A DNA stretch of 64,000 bases from Octopus sinensis (Eukaryota). Below, piece after piece: positions 12,143 to 24,225 of this stretch. The stretch's first letter is position 1, and each line of letters starts with the position of its first letter. The stretch spans positions 22,630,001 through 22,694,000 of the forward strand of contig NC_043014.1 in the NCBI RefSeq assembly GCF_006345805.1. The letters are read 5' to 3'. The notes under the pieces were generated by a model that did no database searches, was not told the origin of the DNA, and was given only the letters and a program-made list of their open reading frames with translations. Position numbers and translations under genes: made by a program.

Positions 12143-13170
12143 ACAATGCATAATGTATGTCTGTGGCCTTCTTCAGCCGCGCACAACAGCTTCCACAAGG
12201 ACATGTGTAAATCAGAGCTGTTGAGCGTTTAATCTGGTTCTTTGAATTAATTGGTCATCTAGTACATACATATCATCATGGATACATACACCCATATACA
12301 CGCGTACCTATATGCCTCCAAGCCTATAAGCATACACACGCACACGCGCGTAAACATGTACATAAACACACACACACCCACACGCACGCGCGTACACATA
12401 CATGACCAATTAATCAAAGAACCAGATTAAACGCTCAACAGCTCTGATTTACAACACATTAGGTCCCCGACGAAACTGTTGATTATTGACACTTCTACAA
12501 CTAATTTTATCAATCCCTGACCACAATGTTGGTCCGTACCTCTATACATCCTTATCTTTATATTTTTTTACATTTTTATCATGTTTTTTTACTTTTATTT
12601 CTATTTCTATTTTTACTTTTATAACCTTATGCCTTTACATTTATTTGTATTTCTTTATATTTCTTTATATTCTTTATACACCCCTTTACATCTCCTTATA
12701 ATCTCTTTATTCATCTTTATGCTCTACCTTTTTATATTTTCTATACTTACACTTTTTATACATTTTTTATCCCTCGCCCTGGATTCTCGTCCTCCATCCT
12801 CACGTCTTATATGTATTTATGTATTTACATTACTTCAACTTAATTTCCTCATTCTACATTGAGAGAAGAAGAGATGGACGCTTCAATTCTATGCTGCTGC
12901 CGCATTATGTCGTACGCGAATGAGAGGATTTGCATCCCCAAGCAAGAATTTTTGATGTAACACATGTCCTTGTGGAAGCTGTTGTGCGTGGCTGAAGAAG
13001 GCCACAGACATACATTATGCATTGTTATAAATCTGTCTAATAAAGGCCCGAAACATATGTACCGCTGAGTCCTTCGCATCATGTTTTTATTTTGATCAAT
13101 TTACTCCTCCACCTACACCACCAAACGGTATACACAGGTGCTTATAATTATCAAGTACTCACCCCAAATT
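12143..13170 (+). mobile_element. Non-coding Penelope-like pLTR/3'UTR-derived element with inverted 5' segments
   Basis: 12143-12208 is the reverse complement of 12960-13025; 12206-12258 is the reverse complement of 12402-12453; T-rich body; hammerhead motif at 12988-13065. 5' inversion plus HHR is the known PLE signature. Confidence 0.7.
12988..13065 (+). ncRNA. Type I hammerhead ribozyme motif with extended helix II
   Basis: GUGG-CUGAAGA-A-GGCC ACAGA...UCUGU...GGCC-C-GAAA-C AUAU G-UA^CCGC; helix I GUGG/CCGC (perfect GCGG in the inverted copy at ~12176); palindromic helix III ACAUAUGU; predicted cleavage after 13061. Confidence 0.75.
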
Positions 13171-13179
13171 TCTATATAT

Positions 13180-13233
<54 letters not shown>

Positions 13234-13293
13234 ATATATATATATGTATATATATATATATATGTTATATAATATACGTATATATATATATAT

Positions 13294-13343
<50 letters not shown>

Positions 13344-13838
13344 GTATTATATATATGTTATATATAATATGTATATATATATATGTATATATAATATATG
13401 TATATATATATGTATATATATATATATGTATATATATAATATGTATATATATATAATATGTATATATATAATATATATATGTATATGTATATATATAGTA
13501 TGTATATATATATGTATATATATATATATGTATATATATATATGTATATATATATTATATATGTATATATATAATGTATATATATATGTATATGTATGTA
13601 TATAATATATATATATATATATATACGTATATATATATATATATATACGTATATATATATATGTATATATATATAATATGTATATATATATATATGTATA
13701 TAATATATATGTATATATACATATATATGTATATATATATATATGTATGTATATATATATATATGTATATATATATATGTATATATATATATGTATATAA
13801 TATATGTATATCTATATATATGTATATGTATATATATG

Positions 13839-13892
<54 letters not shown>

Positions 13893-14032
13893 TGTGTGTA
13901 TATATATATATGTATATATATATATGGTATATATATATTGTATATATAATATATATATGTATATATATATAGTATATATATATATAATGATATATAATAG
14001 TAATATATATATATATATATCTATATTGATAT

Positions 14033-14063
<31 letters not shown>

Positions 14064-14110
14064 GTAATGTATAGATATATTAATATATATATATGTATAA
14101 TATATTAATG

Positions 14111-14143
<33 letters not shown>

Positions 14144-14144
14144 G

Positions 14145-14241
<97 letters not shown>

Positions 14242-14244
14242 GTA

Positions 14245-14276
<32 letters not shown>

Positions 14277-14594
14277 GTATATATATGTATATGTATATAT
14301 TTATATATATATGTATATATATGTAGATATAGTATATATATGTATATATATATATGTATATATATATTATATATATATATATGTATATATATATTGTTAT
14401 ATATGTATATATATGTATATATATATGATAATATGATATATATATATGTATATATATATGTATATATATATATGTATATATATATGTATAATATATGTAT
14501 ATATATATATATATGTATATATATATGTTATATATATGTATATATATATGTATATATATATATATGTATATATATATATGTATATATATATATG

Positions 14595-14625
<31 letters not shown>

Positions 14626-14650
14626 GTATATATATATATGTATATATATG

Positions 14651-14683
<33 letters not shown>

Positions 14684-14697
14684 GTATTATATATATG

Positions 14698-14728
<31 letters not shown>

Positions 14729-14819
14729 GTGTATATATATATATATGTATATATATATATGTATATATATATATATGTATATATTTATATGTATATTATA
14801 TATATGTATATATATAATG

Positions 14820-14850
<31 letters not shown>

Positions 14851-14895
14851 GATATATATATATATAGATATATATATATATATATATAATATATG

Positions 14896-14926
<31 letters not shown>

Positions 14927-15018
14927 TATATATATATGTATATATATAGTATATATATATATATATATATATCATATATATTATATATATATATATATAT
15001 GTATATATATTTATATGT

Positions 15019-15049
<31 letters not shown>

Positions 15050-15100
15050 TTATATGTATATATATATATGTATATATATTTATATGTATATATATATATG

Positions 15101-15134
<34 letters not shown>

Positions 15135-15176
15135 TATATGTGTTATCTATGTATATATATATATGTATAGATATTA

Positions 15177-15210
<34 letters not shown>

Positions 15211-15406
15211 TATATATGTATATATATATATATATATTATATATATATGTGTATATATATATATATATATAATATTATATGTATATATATATATATATAT
15301 GTATATATATGTATATATATATGTATCTATATGTTTGTATATATATATGTATATATATATATATATATGTATATATATGTATATATATAGTATAGATATG
15401 TATATA

Positions 15407-15450
<44 letters not shown>

Positions 15451-15477
15451 TATATATATGTATATATTATGTATATA

Positions 15478-15516
<39 letters not shown>

Positions 15517-15548
15517 TATGTATATATATATGATATATATATATATAA

Positions 15549-15630
<82 letters not shown>

Positions 15631-15672
15631 TATTATATATATATATATGTATGTATATATATATATATATAT

Positions 15673-15704
<32 letters not shown>

Positions 15705-16926
15705 TATGTATAATTATATATGTATATATATATGTATATATATAGTATATATATATGTATATATATATGTGTATATGTATATGTATCTATTATATGTATA
15801 TATATATGTATATATATGTATATATATATATGTATTATATATGTATATAATATATGTATATATAATATGTATATGTATATGTATATATATATATATGTAT
15901 ATATATATTATGTATATGTATATATATATGTATATATATGTATATAATCTGTATATATATGTATATATATATGTATAATATGTATATATATGTATATATA
16001 TGTATATATATATGTATATGTATATATTTATGTATATGTATTGTATATATTTATGTATATGTATATATTTATGTATATATATATGTATATATAGGTATAT
16101 ATATATGTATATATATGTATATGTATATGTATATATATATGTATATATATGTATATGTATATATATGTATATATAATGTATGTATATATATATGTATATA
16201 TATACGTATAATATATATATATGTATATATATACGTATATATATATATATGTATATATATTATGTATATATATATGTATATATATACGCATATATGTATA
16301 TATATGTATATATATACGTATATATGTATATATATATGTATATATATACGTATATATGTATATATATATGTATATATATACGTATATATATATATATGTA
16401 TATATATGTATATATATATGTATATATATATGTATTATATATATATGTATATATTATGTATATATATATATGTATATATATAGTATATATATACGTATAT
16501 ATATATGTATATACATATGTATTATATACGTATATATATATGTATATATATGTATATATATATGTATATATATATTTATGTATATATATATGTGTATGTA
16601 TATATGTATGTATATATATATGTGTATGTATATATGTATGTATATATATATGTATATGTATATATGTATGTTTATATATATGTATATATATATATGTGTA
16701 TGTATATATATATGTATATATATATGTGTATATATATATGTATGTATATATATATGTATATATATATGTGTATATATATGTGTATGTATATATATTTGTA
16801 TATATATATGTGTATATATATGTATATAATATGTGTATATATATATGTATATATATATGTATATATATATATGTATATATATATATATGTATATATATAT
16901 GTATATATATGTATATATATATATGT

Positions 16927-16981
<55 letters not shown>

Positions 16982-17084
16982 TGTGTATATATATATGTAT
17001 ATATATATGTGTATATATATATGTATATATATATGTGTATATATATATATATGTATATATATATATGTGTATATATATATATGT
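13171..17084. repeat. ~3.9-kb (TA)n/(TATG)n microsatellite
   Basis: Longest TA array; G-interrupted, with tatacg variants at ~16200-16530 and tgtg variants at ~16590-17070. Confidence 0.97.
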
Positions 17085-17510
17085 ATTTTGTTTGTTTACT
17101 TGTTTTTTTATTCCAGTTTCAGCTAATGAGCTGTGGCCATGCTGGGGCACCGCCATTTGGTTTGGTACACGATTTTACCTCACGGATGCCATCTGATGCA
17201 TGAGAGAGTTCGATGCAGCTGCCCTCAGCTGCACCTCCTGCCGTGAAGTTGGTTCATCCGGGACACCTGACAGGAAGAGATCCAGTCCTACTTTAAAGAC
17301 ATCCGCATCTACACCATGCAGGTCCCTCAGGTTCTTCGGGAGGATATTGAAGAGCCGTGGGCCTCTGAAGCCCAGGCTATCACAATATCTTGTCCTACAT
17401 CTTGATGGAAAATGTGGAGTTCTTGGTAGTACGCAGTGGCGTCCAGTTCTGTCATTTGTGTGACTCTCGATGCCAAAGTCTGGGACAAGACCTTCCAGGA
17501 TCTTCCAGAT
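17085..17510 (-). mobile_element. CR1/L2-group LINE family B, short 3' fragment
   Basis: [19 protein letters not shown]...[30 protein letters not shown] plus the conserved ggcggtgccccagcatggccacagctc tail. Confidence 0.92.
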
Positions 17511-17599
17511 ATATATATGTGTATATATATATGTATATATATATGTGTATATATATATGTATATATATGTATGTGTATATATATATATACATATATATG

Positions 17600-17630
<31 letters not shown>

Positions 17631-17685
17631 GTATATATATATGTGTATATATATATGTATATATATATATGTATATATATAATAA

Positions 17686-18165
17686 ATATTAGGGAATAAA
17701 TCCAAATTTACAGGGAAAAAATCAGATTTAGGATTAAATCGATTTTATAGTAAAATATTATAAAATATTATTCGAGACAAAACCACTATTTTGCAAAACA
17801 AACAAGGAAAGACTTAATCAATACATAAAATTTTAATAAATAGTCAAAAAAACCGCCACTACAATCGTTTCTTGTCTTGATCGACAATCTTCAGGTGGAC
17901 TTCCAATCTAAAAAATCAATATTTTAAATATATAAAAATAATAATTTTAAAATAATTAAAGTATGAATGAAAAAATAAGTATATAATCCATATATAACCT
18001 ATCTATAATCCATATATAAACAATATATAAACAATATATAAACAATATATAAACTAAAAAAACCTATCAACCATTAAATATAAAATATAAAATATAAAAT
18101 ATAAAATATAAAACAAAACAAAAAAAATAATAATATATAATAATAAACTATATATACACCCATAC
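17686..18165 (-). mobile_element. AT-rich non-coding element carrying a hammerhead (PLE pLTR-like)
   Basis: Discrete unit between TA arrays with internal short tandem repeats (atataaacaat, aatataa) and an HHR at 17856-17898. Confidence 0.6.
17856..17898 (-). ncRNA. Minimal type I hammerhead ribozyme
   Basis: Minus strand: CCAC-CUGAAGA-UUGUC gaucaa GACAA-GAAA-C gauu G-UA^GUGG; all core nucleotides present and helices I-III pair. Confidence 0.8.
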
Positions 18166-18424
18166 GCATATATGTATATATATATATGTATATATATATA
18201 TGTATATATATATGTGTATATATATATGTATATATACATATGTATATATATATATGTATATATATATATGTATATATATGTATATATATATATATATGTG
18301 TATATATATATGTATATATATATATATGTGTATATATATGTATATATATATATGTATATATATGTATATATATACATATGTGTTTATATATATGTATATA
18401 TATATGTATATATATATATATGTG

Positions 18425-18731
18425 TATTCTTCTTTTCCCCCATCTGTGTTGATAGACAATGGGTCGCGCCAAGGGTGGGGCCTACTTTTGATGATGAGCA
18501 GCGTCTGCTGTGACTGAACAGTCCAATTCTAGAGTGGCAGTCCCTGGTACAGTTGCTGCACACGAACATCGATTGGTACGTGTGGGGTGTTGCTGCTGTT
18601 GTCCTCCTCCTGTCCCGCCTGTCCAACCACAGCTGTGCTCTCCTTTCCTCAGCCATGGAAACGCCTTTCCTCACAGTCCGACGCCAGGCAGAGCGGTCAG
18701 CAGCTGTTACCTCCCACGTGTCCACACGTCA
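18425..18731 (-). mobile_element. RTE (BovB/RTE-1-like) 3' end with C-terminal zinc finger
   Basis: [19 protein letters not shown]...[23 protein letters not shown], a typical RTE ORF2 terminus. Confidence 0.85.
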
Positions 18732-18864
18732 GGATATGTATATATATATGTATATATGTATATATATGTATGTATATATATGTATATATATGTATGTATA
18801 TATATGTATATATATATATGTGTATATATATATGTGTATATATATATGTGTATATATATATATG

Positions 18865-18911
<47 letters not shown>

Positions 18912-19105
18912 GTATATATATATATGTATATATATGAATAAAAAATGGAGTTAACGCAGGTTTAATCAAGTATTTTTACTTTCGACACATGTTTCGAGAA
19001 TTCCACTGATACTATTCAAAAGAATAAATGGTATAAACAATGCAATTTTCTATTTATAATATACGTATATATATATATGTATATATATATAAGTATATAT
19101 ATATA

Positions 19106-19180
<75 letters not shown>

Positions 19181-19183
<3 letters not shown>

Positions 19184-19719
19184 AGTCCATAACCCGTGGC
19201 CTTCTACATGGATGGAGCCAGCCTACTTATGCATACCTTCCATTCTTGGGACACAAAACTCTACTTGTGAAGACCTGTTGAGGCAAGGTAGGATCAGAAT
19301 CGAAATCGATCAATGGAAATTGCAGATGTGTTACCAGTGCTGTTGGCATGTAAGAGAATCTTCGGTTTCGCGACCGTTGCCAGCGCTGCCCCGACTGGCC
19401 TCCGTGCCGATGACGCATAAAAGGCACCATCCGTTCGTGGCCGTTGCCAGCCTCGCCTGGCCCCGATGCCGGTGGTACATAAAAAGCACCATCCGTTCAT
19501 GGCCGTTTGCCAGCCCTGTCTGGCACCTGTGCGGGTAGCACGTAAAAAGTACTCACTACACTCACGGAGTGGTTGGCGTTAGGAAGGGCATCCAGCCGTA
19601 GAAACACTGCCAGATTGACTGGGCCTGATGAAGCCTTCTGGCTTCACAGACCCCAGTAGAACCGTCCAACCCATGCTAGCATGGAAAACGGACGCTAAAC
19701 GATGATGATGATGATGATG

Positions 19720-19721
<2 letters not shown>
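19181..19721 (+). mobile_element. RTE LINE 3'UTR-only insertion with (GAT)n tail
   Basis: Sense copy of the 3'UTR seen at 6206 and 20198; ends ccatgctagcatggaaaacggacgctaaac(gat)n. Confidence 0.88.
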
Positions 19722-19781
<60 letters not shown>

Positions 19782-19810
19782 ATATATATATATATGTGTA
19801 TATATATATG

Positions 19811-19841
<31 letters not shown>

Positions 19842-19948
19842 ATATATATATGTATTATATATATACGTATATATATATATATGTGTGTGTATATATATAC
19901 GTATATATATATATACGTATATATATATATATATATATATCTATATAT

Positions 19949-19988
<40 letters not shown>

Positions 19989-20053
19989 GTATATATATAT
20001 ATGTATATATATTATATATGTATATATTATATATATATGTATATATATGTATA

Positions 20054-20113
<60 letters not shown>

Positions 20114-20197
20114 CAAGTGCCAAAATAGCTTGTGGTATGAGGGAACTGTAATGCAGGGAATAAAATATGGTTCACCTACCTCTTAATGTTGGCTGTC

Positions 20198-21820
20198 CAT
20201 CATCATCATCATCATCGATTAGCATCCGTTTTCCATGCTAGCATGGGTTGGACGGTTCAACTGGGGTCTGGGAAGCCAGAAAGCTGCACCAGGCCCAGTC
20301 TGATCTGGCAATGTTTCTACGGCTGGATGCCCTTCCTAACACCAACCACTCCATGAGTGTAGTGGGTGCTTTTTACGTGCCACCGTCACAGGTGCCAGAC
20401 GAGTCTGGCAAACGGCCACGATCAGATGGTGCCTTTTTATGTGCCACTGGCACAGGGGCCAGGCGAGGCTGGCAACGGCCATGAACGAATGGTGCTTTTT
20501 ACGTGCCACAGGCACGAGGCCAGTCGGGGCAGCGCTGGCAACGGCCACGTTCAGTTGGTTCTCTTACGTGCCACCAGCCCTGGTTTCTCAGCTGCAATTT
20601 CCATTGATCGATTTCGATTCTGATTCTCACTTGCCTCAACAGGTCTTCACAATTAGAGTTTTGTGTCCCAAGAAGGGAAGGTATGCATAAGTGGACTGGC
20701 TACATCCCGTGTAGAAGTCCACGGGTTATGGTCTCACTTGTCCTGCCGGGTCTTCTCATGCACAGCATACTTCCAGAGGTCTCGGTCTCTAGTCATTTCC
20801 TCAGTGAGACCTAAAGTTCGAAGGTCGTGCTTTACCACCTCGTCCCAGGTTTTCCTGGGTCTGCCTCTTCCACAGGTTCCCTCAACCGCTAGGGTGTGGC
20901 ACTTTTTCACACAACTATCTTCATCCATTCTCGCTACATGACCATAGCAGCGCAAACGTCTCTCTTGCACACCACATCTGATGCTTCTTAGGTCCAGCTT
21001 TTCTCTCAAGGTACTTACACTCTGTCGAGTATGAACACTGACATTACACATCCATCGAAGCATACTGGCTTCATTTCTTGCGAGCTTACGCATATCCTCA
21101 GCAGTCACGGCCCATGTTTCACTGCCATGTAGCATGGCTGTTCGTACACACGCGTAATACAGTCTGCCTTTTACTCTGAGCGAGAGGCCTTTTGTCACCA
21201 GCAGAGGTAAGAGCTCTCTGAACTTTGTCCAAGCTATTCTTACTCTAGCAGTTACACTTTCAGCACACCTTGGTCACCTAGGTAGTGGAAGCTATCAACT
21301 AATTCTAGTTTTTCTCCCCGGAAAGTGACAGAAGTTGGTCTCAGAGCATTTTCAATGTTTATTGTTCCTGAGCATCTGCCACATACAAAAACTGTCTTCC
21401 TAGTTAGCCTTCCTTTGACATTGCTGCACCTCTTATGTGTCCATAGCTTACACTTGGTGCATCTTATAGCGTTTCTACCTACACCTTTTCTACAGATCGA
21501 GCAGGGTCATCTACCTGAAGGCATTTGTGATTTGTCTACCTTCCTACTTAATAGGACTTTGGTTAAAGCTAGATTGACTCTAAGGCCCTTCTATTCTAAT
21601 CCTTGCCTCCACACCTGAAACTTCTCCTCCAGTTTTGATAGTGACTCAGCAATTAGAGCAAGGTCATCAGCATAGAGGAGCTCCCAAGTGCATCCTGTCT
21701 TGAATTCCTCCGTAATTGCCTGGAGGACTATGATAAATAGGAGGGGGCTGAGGACTGAGCCTTGGTGGACCCCTACCTCTACCCAGAATTCTTCACTGTA
21801 CTCGTTGCCAACCCTCATAC
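20198..21820 (-). mobile_element. RTE LINE 3' half (RT C-terminus and 3'UTR)
   Basis: GVHQGSVLSPLLF...ELLYADDLAL (21591-21818); ORF 20734-21198 ending AVHEKTRQDK; 3'UTR and (cat)n tail at 20198-20730. Confidence 0.93.
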
Positions 21821-22024
21821 CTGCCCTACCTGTCTCACCTAATAATAGCAGCTGCTGCTACCAATCCCTGCTCACCCGCCGTTAACTTGCATCCATTTAT
21901 GACCCTTGCCCAGGCCAAAATAGCATCACCCTGGTCTTGTTTCCCTCACTTCCTCTCTCGCTCTTCCTGTTCTGGTGGGGTCCCTCAGCCGTTGACGTCA
22001 CAGCCCTTTTCATCCAGTTCATCT

Positions 22025-22400
22025 CATCCCCACAAAACATTTATTTGATCTAGATGCAACACAGTTTTCATAAAAGTTACAAAGGCAGGTCATATAACAT
22101 TTTCACCAATTGTATACACCCTTCCAGTTATTGCAATTATTTGTGCAATTTCATATGATGCAATCAACCTATTTTCATTTGCCTTAAAAAAAAGAGGTGC
22201 AATGAAATTTCGTTCGTTAAAATTTTTCTTGAAATTTCTTAAATAGGTTTGTTTGTTTTATTGGGATGTTTTCTTTTTAAATGCTCCAAAAGTCTTGATG
22301 GCTTCATAGCTTCATTCGAAAATGAGCTGTTGCATAAGACTGTTTTCGATCAAGCAGGCTTCTACAAAACCATAAGACAAATGATTAATGAAACAGAGTA
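22025..22400 (-). pseudogene. hAT (Charlie/Buster-like) transposase N-terminal relic
   Basis: Minus frames give YGFVE..CNSSFSNEAMKPSRLLEHLKRKHPNK and LIASYEIAQIIAITGRVYTIGENVI, matching the BED-finger region and ASY...HTIGE motif of this family. Confidence 0.75.
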
Positions 22401-22645
22401 AGAAAATATAATAAAAAACAAAAACAAAGCAATATTTTGTTCACACTTAAAATTGTCACTATACTTCAATGTAAGTTATACAATTAATGATTAATATTAT
22501 CCCAATACCAATACTATTAAAGCATTTAGAAAATATATATTAATTTTTTTTGTACCAAATTATCATGACTTTTAGCTGAATTTTCTCCTCCTCGGGGACA
22601 CCTCCACTGAGAATGCCTGTCCTAAGTCAAACTTCTCTGTCCAAA

Positions 22646-23260
22646 AGTAAAACTTTCTAAGTCAAACTTGCATGTCTTGTGTGAGAATTGCAAAAAAAAG
22701 TTTGTAAAATTTAATTTCATAGGAATCAATGTAAATAAGGTAAGTTTTAATAATAGTCTTGTTTTTCTCATAAATTTAATTTTTTGTTTTTGTATAGAAA
22801 AAAGATTTTACAGTTTGGCAAAAGAATAAAAGAAAAATTACGAAAATAAAACAAAAAAAACTTAATGGAAAATGAGGTGGGGAGGGTAAGAATTTTTGTT
22901 TTATTTTAAATGTGATTCCAAATATTTCCGAATATGGAATATAATAAAATAACTAAAACTAACGAAAAAAAACCCATTTTACTGTTAATGGCCTTTTTTT
23001 TTTGTATGTGCGGTTTTTTTTGTTTTTTTTTTGTGGTGCTGGTCGATGTTTAAAATACATGAATTTAATTTTGTTTCCTCTAAAATTTGAATTATATGTG
23101 TTTCAAAAAATTAGAGTACAATAATGAGGGAAGAAAAATTTTAGCAGAGTTCTGAGCCAAACTTACCTTATTTACATTGATTCCTATGAAATTTAATTTT
23201 ACAAACTTTTTTTTTGCAATTCTCACACAAGACATGCAAGTTTGACTAGAAAGTTTTACT
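22646..23260. repeat. ~100-bp near-perfect inverted repeat flanking ~410 bp of AT-rich DNA
   Basis: 22646-22747 is the reverse complement of 23159-23260; no clear TSD. Confidence 0.88.
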
Positions 23261-24225
23261 CATAACTGTTTTAATTTCTTTTGAATTTTCACAAAAGTTT
23301 TGCAAGTTTGTGTTCTTCACACTGGAATTCTTATGATTATGCAAAATAATTTTTTAATTTTTGCACCCCACCAACCATAAGTCCTAAAATGTCCACACTT
23401 TTTCAAATTTTGATGTCATTTTTCATATTGAATCTGATGTTATTCACTTGTGGGAAAATTTTAGAAAACTGTTACACAGGTTTAATGTTTAAAGATCATT
23501 TTTCCCAATCAAAAAATAGGATTTGGAAACTGGCATTTTGTGTGTGATGACATTACAATGATGAAAGTTTAAATACATTTTTTTTTACAAGACAAAAAGG
23601 AAAAATCCTCAATGAAATATCCTTTTTCTGCAAAAAATTACAAAACAAACAAAGCAAAAATATTACAAAATAAGTGTTAAATTACAAAAAAAAAAAAATA
23701 CAAAAATAAAGACAAACTAGTTCAATTCGTGTAAGCAATACATGCTTTGTAACAAAAATTCAAAAATGAAAGTTTGCAATGTACTCTAGGAGATTGTCAA
23801 ACAAATTACAATTTTTGTATCTCCTGTCCCACATAAACTCAGAGATACAAGTCAATCAGATAATGGTGGATGCGGCAGTATTGTTTATTACTTCATTTTA
23901 CAGAGGCCGATGTGCTCTCCACATGTTGCATGTAGGTACCATCTTATGAGTTGATAAACTCAATGCTATGGTTCACTGTTCTATGTTGAAAATTATAACC
24001 ATCAATTTCAAAAATGAGAGAATAGGCTCTCCACAAATCACTGAAAATTGTGCTTCCTGGAAGAATTGACTAATGCATGCATTTCTCTAGTGTGTCGTGA
24101 TTCCAACCTGGCACCACATAAAGAAAAAATATGTCTGGTCTCTTGAAACTCTCCTTTGAAAACTTACTGCTCAGGTAGTAGCATTCTTTGGTTGTATCTA
24201 CATCATGAGAAGACTGTTTCATCTA

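Noticed and set aside
115-17699. Dozens of long Tyr/Ile/Met-rich ORFs (also at 18-20, 39.6-41.8 and 59.6-62 kb)
   Set aside because: Translations of (TA)n/(TATG)n microsatellites, which lack stop codons; not genes.
19622-19650. CUGAUGA followed by an AGCC/GGCU stem
   Set aside because: No GAAA follows, and homologous RTE tails read cctggtgcagcc, so the core is a chance variant.
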